Positions 13,646 to 25,664 of a stretch of 64,000 nt of DNA are shown here, piece after piece. The notes under the pieces are model-generated. The model saw only the letters and a program-made list of their open reading frames with translations, made no database searches and was not told the DNA's origin. The first letter of the stretch is position 1, and every line of letters starts with the position of its first letter. This stretch comes from Octopus sinensis. Its lineage: Eukaryota. Location: positions 8,308,001-8,372,000 of the forward strand of contig NC_043011.1 of the NCBI RefSeq assembly GCF_006345805.1, written 5' to 3'. The translations under genes were made by a program, and so were the position numbers.

Positions 13646-13816
13646 ATGAGTTAGGAGGGAAATATTATCCGGGTGGATAGCGTGGTAGCTTTCGGTTATG
13701 TTCAAGGAAACATCTAACACATCGATTAGTATTTAAGACCTATGTCACTCACGCTGTAATTTTCTCCGATGGGTTCTCGTGTTCGCTTCTCTGGGTGGTT
13801 ATACTATCTGCAGAGT

Positions 13817-14212
13817 ATATTAGCAATAATTATAACGATAAATAATGTGGAGACTTGTTCATCCTCCCAATCTCTTTCTTTTTATTTTATAATTTCCTAC
13901 CTCATATTTTTATGGTCGTCACGACCTACACGTGTTTCCAGTGGACAGAGTATGGACAGTTGTACGTGCAACCGGGCATAATTTTCTGTGGAGCTTCGTT
14001 TAGACTCTGTCCACTAGCTGGTCTCAATGCGAACATACTAGCGGGTAGAAAGACTCTGAACGAAGCTGCACAGAAAATTATGCCCGGTTGCACGTGCAAT
14101 TACCAATACTCTGTCCAGTGGAAACACGTGTAGGTCGTAATGACCATAAAAATATGGTGTATGAAGAAATAACAGGAAATAAATTTCTATATCGTTTTAG
14201 CCATTGCTAATA
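13817..14212. mobile_element. Foldback (MITE-like or PLE-derived) element
   Basis: Arms about 13817-14018 and 14039-14212, e.g. acgacctacacgtgtttccagtggacagagtat versus atactctgtccagtggaaacacgtgtaggtcgt. Confidence 0.8.
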
Positions 14213-14293
14213 TATTGACATACACATATAAATATATATTGTCATCAATAAATAATTTTCTGTTATGTACATATATGTATATATCTCTCTTTA

Positions 14294-14809
<516 letters not shown>

Positions 14810-15342
14810 AAGAGAGAGAGAGGGAGAGATTTTATATCTACTTAAATGAAGGAAAGAAAATGGAGAGTTCGAAGTTAATAATTGTTTATTATAAACAAAT
14901 TGGTCATCGTTACTTCTTACTGCCGTTTCAATAATTTAATCGCAAATTTGTGCATTAAATTTGCGTTTATAGGACATGAGCATAATTTCATGAGAAACAA
15001 TAAAAGATATACCGTAAAATGTAAGATGCCGACCCATCAGTTCATTCCAGCAGTTCATTCATGAAATGTAAGTCCAATTGTCGAGTACTTGTCATATCTA
15101 CAGAAGTAGATTGAAGATCCATCAGAGACAACTGATGAAGGGGAATGTTCTTTATGTTGTATCTCTCGTTTCTCTGTTTGATTGTTTCGTTGTTCGAAAA
15201 AAGATCGTCGTCTATGTCTTTTATGTTTTCGTTTCTCATTGTGTTCAACATTTTTTTGATGTCATGTACCCATATATGCATGTATATATATATATAGATG
15301 TAGGTATGTACATATATATTTGCATATATTTATATATTATAT

Positions 15343-15385
<43 letters not shown>

Positions 15386-15405
15386 TATACATATGTATAT
15401 ATATA

Positions 15406-18400
15406 CTAGCAGCATAGCCCGCGTTGCCCGGGTATGTAAGAAACTGTCGATAAGCAATGCCCTTTAACTTTTCACCCTTTTTTGTACTCATTGAACCGTT
15501 ATTTTGTAAAATGAAACCTAAAAGGCATTAAGGCATTCAAGGCACCGTTCCTTTGCATGCATGAAGAAAATCTATGACAATCAAAGTGCCTTTTCTGGTT
15601 TTGTTTAGCACACCCAACCCAGTTCTGCGGGATCAGTGTAGCGACGGGAACGCATGGATTGGGAGTTTGACCGGCAGAGGTGATAAGGTTGCACATGCCG
15701 GCCCTTTTGACACCGCCCCCACCGAACCCAAGTTGGATTCAGACCACAGCTAAGCCCTACCTAATCCTAACTTAAGTCTATCAAAAGGGGGCTCGGGAGC
15801 CTCTAGTAGGCAACGACTAATCCCGATCTAGTCCTTTCCCTCTGGGGAACGAAGGCGCATGTGTAGGTTGCAACGTCTTCTCTTCACTCGAATACATCTG
15901 TGTATACGACGTTCCTAGCTGTCCCTTTGGGCGAAAACATGAAAACATCATTGCGCCTCCCAACGCGTGAACAGCCCACGTAAAGTTGACCATGGAAGAA
16001 GCACTGTTCGCCCAAATGTAACCCAGCGACTTGTAGCGTTTGGCCTTGGGATTTATTGATGAACATTGCGAAGCAGAGTTTAACAGGAAACTGAGAACGC
16101 CTGAAGTGCATTGTTAGGTCAGCGCCCGACGGTTGAAGTTGCATGCGTGGAATGAAGACGTCTTCTCCCTTCCCACAACCGGTAAGTATTGTGGCCGTTA
16201 TTAAATGTGGTGCCAAATGTTTCACAAACAGACGTGTGCCGTTGCACTGTTTAGGTGGAACCAAATTCCTGATGATGTGTGGCGGCAGGCCTGGCGGTTC
16301 AAGTGAATTCAGGAATTCAACGGGATAATCTGCAAGCTAGGCGGTGTCTGCTGTCCTATCTATAGATTTGTAGACGTGGACATCACCAGGAATAGCTTCA
16401 AGTAGCTGGATATTGATGGAGTTGACGGTTGTAATGATGGGTGCGAGAATAGCTCTGCCTGCCAGCCATTTTAGGTCGCGTAAATTGTTTTGTAGGTCGT
16501 GGAAGACAGCGTCCCGGAGGCTAGCAGGGGTGTTGACAGTGGTGCAAAGTGAATCCAATTGAACGCTACCGTCCGCATCAGCCGGCATCCTATTTTCACC
16601 GAGCGATAAAACGTCCCTGGAGAATGCAGCGGATTCGCTGTCACCAATCAACTGCGCGCGCATGTTAGTTTGGAGGTGCAAGGGCCGCACATGTGCCCCA
16701 AGAGCTGACGACTGAAGGCACGCGCGCACGGCATCGGCACGGGTTCCTTTAGGAATAACAGGTAGAGTCTGCCTGAAGTCTCCCGAAAGAAGTAAAGTCA
16801 ATCCTCCCATGGGGGGCGTAGAGTCTCTGATGTCTTGCAGGGACCTGTCCAGTGCCTCAAGGGCGCCTTTGTGTACCATAGTGCACTCGTCCCATACAAT
16901 GAGTTTGCATCTGCGCAGAATGTCGGCCTGTTCTGAGTTCTTGACGATGTTGCAGATAGGTGACTCGGACTTTGCCAGATCGAGCGGGAGTCTGAAGGCA
17001 GAGTGGGCGGTTCTGCCACCCGGAAGCAACGTGGCCGCGATACCAGAGGAAGCTACAGCCAGGGCAATGTCCGTGTTACGTCTGACCTCCGCTAGAATTA
17101 GTTTCGTGACGAAGGTTTTGCCAGTGCCGCTAGGTGCGTCAAGGAAGCAAATCCCCCCACGTTGCTGTCTGAAAGAGTCTACGATGGTGTTGTAGGCTAT
17201 GCACTGGTTTGGAAGCAATCGTGGTTCATTATCTTGGACGTACTGGTGCAGTTCCTCATTGCAGTAGGAAGTTTCGCATAACAATTCAGCAGACATAACA
17301 TTGGCGTGTTCACGTGTGGGTGGTGGAAGGCCGTACTCCGTTAAAGCAGAGCCACCCATATCGATGACAGCGTCTTTGAGTTGAATAAGCGCGTAATTGT
17401 AAGTGAATTTGGTGAACGTGATCTCGACGGAAGGGCAGTGTTGCTGAGCCGTACGTAAGAAGTCCTGCGACATGTCATCCCTGTATTTCATCCAGAGACT
17501 TAGTGGGTCGCTAAGCTGACATTTTTGAAGAAGGATTGCGAAAAGATGTCGTAGGGCCGAAGGCGTTTACAGTAAAGCGCCCTCTGCCATAGTGGCGTCC
17601 CATTGGGAGTCATCCTCTTGAAGGCCAAGTCTCATACATGCTTCCTGAAGGTGTCGCACAGAACGCCATTGACGGTACGTATATTGCCGAAACCTGTTGG
17701 ACCAGTGACCTCATGTAGAAGGAGATGCAGGTAGAAGCATTCTTGCTGGTTTGGCGGGATGTTGTAAACTCGACCCAGGCAGTAGTCAAACTTGACGCCT
17801 GGGAAGCCTTCGACGTTTTGGCCGGATTTCTGTCGAACCCAGGTGTTGTTAGACCACACGAAGTACGATGGGACCTGGGGGTACAAAAACGTTCGAGCGA
17901 AGTTATCACGTCGGCATAATTTGAAGAAACCGGTCAACGTTGTGTCTTTAAGGTTGGTGGCTACCTGCGCAGCAGTTTGTTCTGTGAAGTAAATCCGCTG
18001 TCCATTTTCCAAGTGTACAGCAAGCTGCACCACAGCCGGGTGTCTCTGATGGAGCGAGAAGCCCTAAATGCGCCAAAACGCTTCGTTGCTGCTGAGGTAC
18101 CGGGCTGCCAAGTAGTTGGTCACTTCGTCGTGACTGGTGGTCCTCTGGATGCTGAACATGGCAGCATCGCTGCCCTTGTTGATATATTTGCAGACATATT
18201 GCATTGACCTGATGGAGCTGCAGAACTCAATGTTGAGGTGGGCTTTGAATATCTTCGACAGAAGAGGACAGTAGGGGAAGATGTAGCTGTTGTCCACTTG
18301 ATGTCGCCCAACCGTAATCGTGCGGCCTCCATTGGCTGGACACCTTAGTTTGTACAGCGGATACCCATCGCCGCCTGTTTGAGTCTCCTAAGTAAACCGT

Positions 18401-21400
18401 TTAGGGAATCCTTTTGAGCAGGCTAATCCGTTTTTGCAGAATGGTGTGTTGGCATAATTTGGTCCACAGGGCCCATGTACCATGGTAGTGCGGACAATTT
18501 CGGGGTCCTCATCGGGGTCAGGAATCTCGGCGGAAATAAATTTGTCAATGTCATTAGTTTCGATTTTATTAGTTAGCCAAATTAAGATGTGAGCATGTGG
18601 CAAGCCCCGCTTTTGCTACTCGACCGAAAGTATGTGGCACCTGACATGCCCGAAAATCTGACCCGTAACTATCAAATCCATCATTTTGCCCAAATTCAGA
18701 CGGAAAACCATAGCAACAAAGTCGTGTCGATGGGTGTGAGACTGATCCGGGAGGAGTTCGTGAGTGATTTCGCCGCAGTTGGGATTGCACGTGTAGGTGA
18801 TAAAGAGGTCCAGCCGGCCGTAAATGCGCACGTAGGTGAAGGCGTCTTGGGTCCTTTCACGCATATATCGCGGTCCTTCCGTGAAGGTGGAGGGTAGAAT
18901 GCATGACTTACCGATGTTGCGAGGGTCATTTTCTTGTTGCAAGCCGTCACGGAGATGAATGTTGGAGTCGGAGCGAAGTTTGGTCTGATTAAGTTTAATG
19001 TATAGCAGCCTTTCCGATTCCATTTTGGCGGCCATGTCGACGGCGAACTGGTTGAATAGCTGACGACAACGGGGCAATAAGTTGAACTCACCCTCCCTGA
19101 CCATGAACCGATATGAGAACGCCTTGCAGGAAACCGTCTTTGATGCCGCAGTAGTTTGACTGGAGGGCTGCTGTAAAGGAATTCCGAAGTGGTAGCCGTC
19201 TTCCCCATAAGGGAAAAGCAATGGATACTGGAGGAGATGACTATGTCATGGCTGTTGTGTTGCTCTCCGTGTATGACTGCGGCAATTTCGTTGCACGCAG
19301 GTGCTTTGAAACGGCGTTCGTGCTCCCCGTGGGGTCGTTTATCAGCATCAATGACAACGGTGAAGTCTGGAGACGGAGCACTGTCCAAGGCATACCAGAA
19401 GCTGCGGACGTAGCTGTTGATATCATGAAGCAGGGTTTGGAGACGAAGAAGAACGTCTTTGCGGGGAACATAGCATGTACCCGGTATTATTCCAAGGCGT
19501 GCATCAACTTGCTGGTTGTAGTCGGCAATGAAGTAGATTTGGAAGAAAGAAGGCTGCTGAATTTCGTCTGGCAGAAGTAACCCAATAAGATGGTAGACCT
19601 GTCCCTGCACTTTGAAAGTAGGCATCCAGCCTTCTCTAGGAGGATTTTTGGCCCCGAAAGAGATCATTTAGAATGAGCAGTTGTACTTTCAAATGATTTC
19701 AAGGAATTGCGACGATTCGGGGGTTAAACCCGCCGCGAGATCCTTCAGCAGTTGAGGTGGTTCCCGTAGGGGTGGCAGGTCCACTTTGCCACCAGAGCAG
19801 CACAAACCAGGTGGCTCTCTGGGCCAATTCTTGGCTTTGCAAAACTGGCATACAATTGTCATTGACCCTATCTTGATGTCGTCACGCAAGGAGAAGTTAA
19901 TTGTGGCGTCGTAGTTGAATGCTAATGACGACCAGAAAGCGTGGGCAGGGTACGTACACCGCGAATGATATCCCGACGTTGGTTGATACTCTCAAGTCGA
20001 GTGCGCCGTGCCTCAGCAGATTGAGATGCGCGTGCGTCAGCGGTAGCAGTGGCATCCGTTGAAAGCCTTTCAGCTCTCGCCTCAGCATTCTCTGAAGCCC
20101 TAGCAGAAGCAGTGTTAATGGCATCTCTGGATGTCCGAATAGTTCGTTGGTCTGGAGTTTCGGCAGATAGAGCCATGGCTGTGTTTGCGGCGTCAGCAGC
20201 TTGGCGAGTTCTCCTCTGCTGTGGGGTTTCGACAGATCGTGTCCCGGCGGTGCTAGCGGCGTTAGCCGCATTCCGAATGGCCCTTTGTTCGGGGTTCTCG
20301 CGAGCTCTGCGGATGAAAGCACAGGAAGAAGCGCGCATGTTTTGGTTGGACTGTTGCTCTTTCGTCAACCTCGAGCGGAGGGAAGATCTGTACGCTGCGG
20401 CCCTTGCAAGTCAGGTAGAACGGTCGCTAGTAGTTTCAGATGCCTGAGCAGCGGCAGAACGGGAAGCTTTTTGCGAGAGGCGCAAGGCGGTTTCCTCGTG
20501 GGTCTCGCGTGCCCTTCTAGCCCTAGCAGCCGATGCCTTGGCCGTCCGAGGGCTGAGGAGGATCCTTCTCTTCTTGGGTGGCATTTTGGTGGATAGCATT
20601 GTGTTTGGCAAAGGTGTAATAAAAAGGAACACGTGGGGTAAGTATCCCAAAATGTATAAAAATGTACAAAAACGGGGGAAAAGCGGGCAGCAATGTGAGT
20701 GACAACAACGAAAAAGCGAAAAGTGACCAAACTGAACAAACGAATGGAAAAAGGTTTTAGGTGCACACGACAAAAGCGTCTTATAATAAACCAAGAGTTT
20801 TCAAGTAGCGTCCGAGGACCCTTAGGGTACGTCAAAATTTAAGGTAAAGCGTTTGGGGTGAAAATTAAAAAAAAAAAGTATTCGAATAACTTGCGGTTGC
20901 AGCAGCGATTAGCAGAAGTAAGCCAAGGTTATGTTGTCTGGTCACGTTTTGTCTCGTTGACTGCTTGAAATGGCGGTGATGGGGGTAAAGTCTCGGAGGT
21001 AAGTTCTTCCTGGTAGGAATTGGTTCACCAAAACTTAGGTTAGTCTGGAGGTTTCGATGTAATCTTTGGTTTGTATATGGGATACCTTGAAGATTAAGTC
21101 TCGATTTCCTCCTGTGGGTTGAATTATCGATAGTTGTTTGATAGTTATTTGGGGGAGCAAGAGAGTTAAAGAAGGTCGAGTCGCTTCCCCTAGACTGTGG
21201 TTTGTGTTTAATACACAAATCGGTTTGCTATGTATGTCACATATGATGTAATTAACTGATTTTTTCCAGTAATAACATATCCTATTGGAATAAAAAGGGC
21301 CATATAGCTCCTTGGAGCAGACATGATGCTCGCTGTGAATTTCGAAAAAAATTCCTGCCAATTTGTTAAAGATATTGTCGAAAATATATCATCTTGAATT

Positions 21401-21767
21401 TGAACGGATTTCCATAATGGTATGATTTTATCGATTTTTTCTTATGGTAAGGTATTGCATGGAAAACTAACATCAGAATTAAGTTCCTTAGGGTAACATT
21501 AAGCTTCACCATGAGTTTGGTCAAAATCGATTGCAAGTTGCGAAAACTACAACGGAAAATGTGTTGCATATGATAAGCTTAGATTCTCAACCCCATGTCG
21601 AATTTATCGATTTTTTCAGAACTGGGGGAACTTTTCCAACTTTTCGCTGCGTTAGTTTTGAATTATGACATTGGGCTATGTGTGTGTCAAGTTTCATCAG
21701 AATCGGTTGAAAGCGGTGGTCAGGGTGAGGGTACAACCTGACAAACACACAGACAGACAAACTGCCT

Positions 21768-21772
<5 letters not shown>
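15406..21772 (-). mobile_element. Helitron, degenerate autonomous-type copy
   Basis: 3' hairpin cccg-ggcaacg-cggg plus CTAG (15406-15409) followed by T; 5' end merges into (TA)n near 21770; Rep/helicase coding region inside. Confidence 0.92.
15884..20584 (-). pseudogene. Helitron RepHel (STPR-like repeats, Zn region, HUH Rep, PIF1 helicase), frameshifted
   Basis: CQFCKAK..GLCCSGGKV; LFITYTCNP, LPHAHILIWL, YVCKYINKG; [56 protein letters not shown] across several broken ORFs. Confidence 0.92.
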
Positions 21773-21822
<50 letters not shown>

Positions 21823-21956
21823 ATATTATATATATATATGTATGTATGTGTGCATGAATATATGTATATATGTATGTATGTACGTATGATAAACAAAATG
21901 ACACAACAAAGCCAAGACTGTGTGGCATTTTAGGAACATTTATAAAGAGAAAGTTA

Positions 21957-22004
21957 GTCTTACAGCTGTTTCTGGGATATTAGGGATATCCCTTCATCAG
22001 AGAC
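21957..22004 (-). ncRNA. Minimal type I HHR motif
   Basis: GUCU-CUGAUGA-A-GGGAUAU(CCCUA)AUAUCCC-A-GAAAC-AGCU-GUA-AGAC; stem III is the palindrome ACAGCUGU. Confidence 0.7.
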
Positions 22005-22142
22005 GATGTTTTTATTTTTATTTTATTTTTTATTCCTACATTCATTCTCCTATTTCCCTATGCACTCCTTATTTTCTTCGTCTTCCAAAATAACTCCTTA
22101 TAATGAACTCTAATTTTTCCCTCTATTTAACCATCTTACAAC

Positions 22143-22190
22143 GTCTCTGATGACGGGACATCCTTAATATCCTAGAAACACCTGTAAGAC
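22143..22190 (+). ncRNA. Minimal type I HHR motif, mutated copy
   Basis: GUCU-CUGAUGA-C-GGGACAU(CCUUA)AUAUCCU-A-GAAAC-ACCU-GUA-AGAC. Confidence 0.55.
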
Positions 22191-22374
22191 TCATTTTCCC
22201 TTTATAAATGCCCTAAAATTCCACACAGCCTTTTTTTAAAACACATACATTGTCATACAAGACCCGCATTAGACTCCTCGCTCGTATAATTATCGAACCG
22301 AGAGTCTAACTACAGTCCTTCCACAGCGCTCAAAAAGCGTTACCTGCCACCTTGGGTTTTCTGGATACCAATAC

Positions 22375-22407
<33 letters not shown>

Positions 22408-22698
22408 GGAGGCGCAATGGCCCAGTGGTTAGGTCAGCGGACTAGCGGTTTCGATTCCCAGGCCGGGCGTTGTGTGTGTTTATTGAGCAAAAACACCTAA
22501 AAGCTCCATGATGCTCCGGCAGGGGGTGGTAATCCCTGCTGTACTCTTTCACCACTCTTTCTCCCACTCTTTCTTCTGTTGGCCTGCTCGCTTAGCCAGC
22601 GGGGTGGCGTCATTCGAAGGCTAAAACAATGCGAACGCATTGTCACCAGCGATGTGTAACAACATCTGATGGTCTGCTCGGTCACGTGATCACGTGAT
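22408..22698 (+). mobile_element. tRNA-derived SINE family B
   Basis: A box tggcccagtgg, B box ggtttcgattcc, ends cacgtgatcacgtgat plus (TA)n; second copy at 54350. Confidence 0.8.
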
Positions 22699-22810
22699 AT
22701 ATATATATATATATATTATGGCTGCCCCCTCGTTATACATACATACATACATACATACATACATGCATACACACACTCACGCACGCACACACATATATGT
22801 ATGTATGTAT

Positions 22811-23407
22811 GTGCTTTTGTGTTTGTCCCCGCCACCTCTTGAATCCGGTATTGGTTTGTTTATATCTCATAACACAGCAGTTCGGCAAAAGAGCCGATAG
22901 AATAAGTATCAGGTTTCAATGCTAAATAGTGTCATTTCGTTCAACTAATCTCTTTAAGACGATGCCCCAGCATGGGCACTGTCCAATAACTGAAATAAGT
23001 AAAACATAAGATATATATATATATATATAGGCGTGGTTGTGTGGTAAGGAGCTTGCTTACCAACCACATGCTTCTGGGTTCAGTCCCTCTGTGTGGTACC
23101 TTTGACAAGTGTCTTCTACCACAGCCTCGTGCCAACCAAAGCTTTGTAAGTGGATTTGGTAAACGGAAACGGAAAGAAGCCCGTCGTGTATTTATACATA
23201 TATATATTTGATTGTGTTTGCGTTCATTCCCCTACTATCGCTTGATAACCGATGTTGGCGTGTTTAAGTCCCCTTAGTTTAGCGGCTCGGGGCAAGAGAC
23301 CAAAAGAATAAGTACTAGGCTTACAAAGAATAAGTCCTGAGGTCTATTTGTTCGACTAAAGGCGGTGCTCAAATGACTGAAACAATTAAAAGAATAAAAG
23401 AATAAAA

Positions 23408-23410
<3 letters not shown>
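22811..23410 (+). mobile_element. SINE family A: tail fragment followed by a full copy (from 23029)
   Basis: Head and tail match other family A copies. Confidence 0.75.
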
Positions 23411-23470
<60 letters not shown>

Positions 23471-24214
23471 ATATAATAGAGAGAGAGAGAGAGAAGTTTA
23501 TGTATGTAAGTCTGTGCGTATGCATATGCGTATATATACGTCCATGTGTGTGCACACAGAGACCTCTGGTTGCACCGACACACACCAATATGCGCATTAA
23601 TATATCGGTGAGTGTGTCTGTGTGTATTTTTAGAGTACTAAGAAAACCCTGACCTTGGGAAATGCATGAGTGTCTTCACTGCATTCCATATCCATTGTAT
23701 TAGAAAAATCAATCTTAGCTTTTCACTCCTATAAACATTCTTTACATTTTGTTTGTTTTCTTGTTTGTTTATCTCTTTATTTCATTGAATTTGTTTTTTT
23801 CTTATCCTGTGTTAGTCGACCTCTTCGAATTAAACATTTTTTAAATAGCTTTGAAAGCGAAATATTTTATAAAACGTTTATATCCTTTTCTTATCAAATT
23901 GCGTTGTTAGCCTTACCGTTTTTTTTCCCCTTCCATTGTAGGTTAATGTGTTCGGAAATCATAAATCAACGTTGGAATTCTATAACTGTGCTAGTTTTAC
24001 TGCGTGACGCAGTACTAGCATTACCAACAGCAACCGTGTGCACCCGGGTTATGTGCAGTGTTTTGTTTGAGCATTCTTGCTTTTATCCTAACAGCTGTCA
24101 TGAGTCCAAGAACTCTAAATGACAGAGCTTGACCTGGTTTCCATGGCGTATATCATCATCATCATAATCGTTACTATTATCACTATTATTATTATTGTTA
24201 TTATTATTGTTGTT

Positions 24215-24640
24215 GTTGTTGTTGTTGTATATTTACATTTCTCAGAAACCACGATTTCACCGGCCAAATCGGTAAGAGCGGACAACAACCTGTTGTCAAA
24301 TGCTTCTCATGCCCTCTTTCCACGATCCTTAACACCCAAGTACAAACCTCAACATACTCGCTGTCGCTGCCAATAAAGCAGTTTTCTGAGCACGTTCTAC
24401 CCTCATGTTAATCCCAATCTCACCAACAAATCTCTCAAACCGTATTGTTAATGATCCCAGAGCTCCTACAACTATTACGATATCTGTTTTACTCTTAATT
24501 GCATTCTTCGTTGCCCACGTACGTACACTCTCATCTTTTAGTGGCTTGTACCTTTCAATCTTTTCGACTTCCCTTGTCAGCTAATCGTACATCACTAGAC
24601 ATGTGTTGTATTACTCCTCCCAGTAAAAAGTGGTAGGAGT
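24215..24640 (-). mobile_element. R4/Dong LINE 3' fragment
   Basis: EVEKIERYKPLKDE..IVIVVGALGS..AQKTALL..MLRFVLGC*, abutting (TTA/TTG)n. Confidence 0.65.
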
Positions 24641-25108
24641 CAGCCACTATAAAAGGACGTTTTGACATTTATCCAGCAGAAACACGTGTCGGATTGGAAT
24701 TTAGTGTGAATAATACTGTAGAAATTTTGAAGATGTATAACACTCCATTCTTCCTTATGATGTTTTGTATGTATATATGTGTGTGTATGTGTATGTGTAT
24801 GTGTGTGTCTATATATGTATGCATGTCTGTATGTATCTATGCATATATGTGTGTATGTATGTATGTATATATATGTCTGTATGTATATATGTATGTACGA
24901 ATGTATATGTATATATATATATATATAATTTGTTAATGTTTAACTTTTATATTTTTAAATTAATTTTATGTATTGGCTTATGTTTTTCACTGTTTGATTT
25001 GCCTATTAGTGGTTTTATCTCTAATTTAATATAATATAACATATTTATACTATAAAATTAGATTTAATCCTAAATCTAATTTTTCCCCGTAAGTTTGGAT
25101 TTATTCCC

Positions 25109-25157
<49 letters not shown>

Positions 25158-25162
<5 letters not shown>

Positions 25163-25651
25163 TCTAGTTGTGTGAGTGTCTGTCCCCTTCGATTTAGATT
25201 CCTAACTCCTCCCACATTTTGCGGTGCAGTTTAACCAAATTCGGGTATCTTATAGTCGTGATTCATATCGAGCCCGTCTGACTATTAGCGCGCGTCAACG
25301 ATGAGTCTACGATTTTAAAAATAATTTAACATCATTTTTTATTCCATTTTAATGCATAAAATGCATCGTGTGTCGATGGCGGCGGAGTTGGCGTCCACGC
25401 TCACAGCTGCACCTGTTTGCTTCTCCCCCTTTCCTCCCTCGTGAAGCTGTGGGGAAGGGAGTGTAAAGAAATCAACGTCGTAATGCGTTGTGAAGGAAAC
25501 CAGCGTTCTTTTAGAACAACGACTTCATGGCTTGAAGACACCAAAACAAAAATGGCTAAGAAAGCCCGAATTTATAAGGAAGTAACTCTCTAAAAATGCT
25601 TATATAGTTATTTCCCTTACAAATCCGAGCAACGCCGGGCGATACTGCTAG
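25158..25651 (+). mobile_element. Non-autonomous Helitron
   Basis: Starts out of (TA)n; ends ccgagcaacgccgggcgatactgCTAG then T, similar to the 3' end of the large Helitron. Confidence 0.75.
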
Positions 25652-25664
25652 TATATATATATAA

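Larger units (their letters stand above)
21915..22235. mobile_element. Foldback element, about 90-bp arms, one HHR per arm
   Basis: Arms about 21915-22005 and 22142-22232 with a T-rich spacer. Confidence 0.85.

Noticed and set aside
24246-24271. 26-nt plus-strand micro-exon with strong splice signals
   Set aside because: Lies within the 3' UTR of an R4/Dong fragment on the opposite strand
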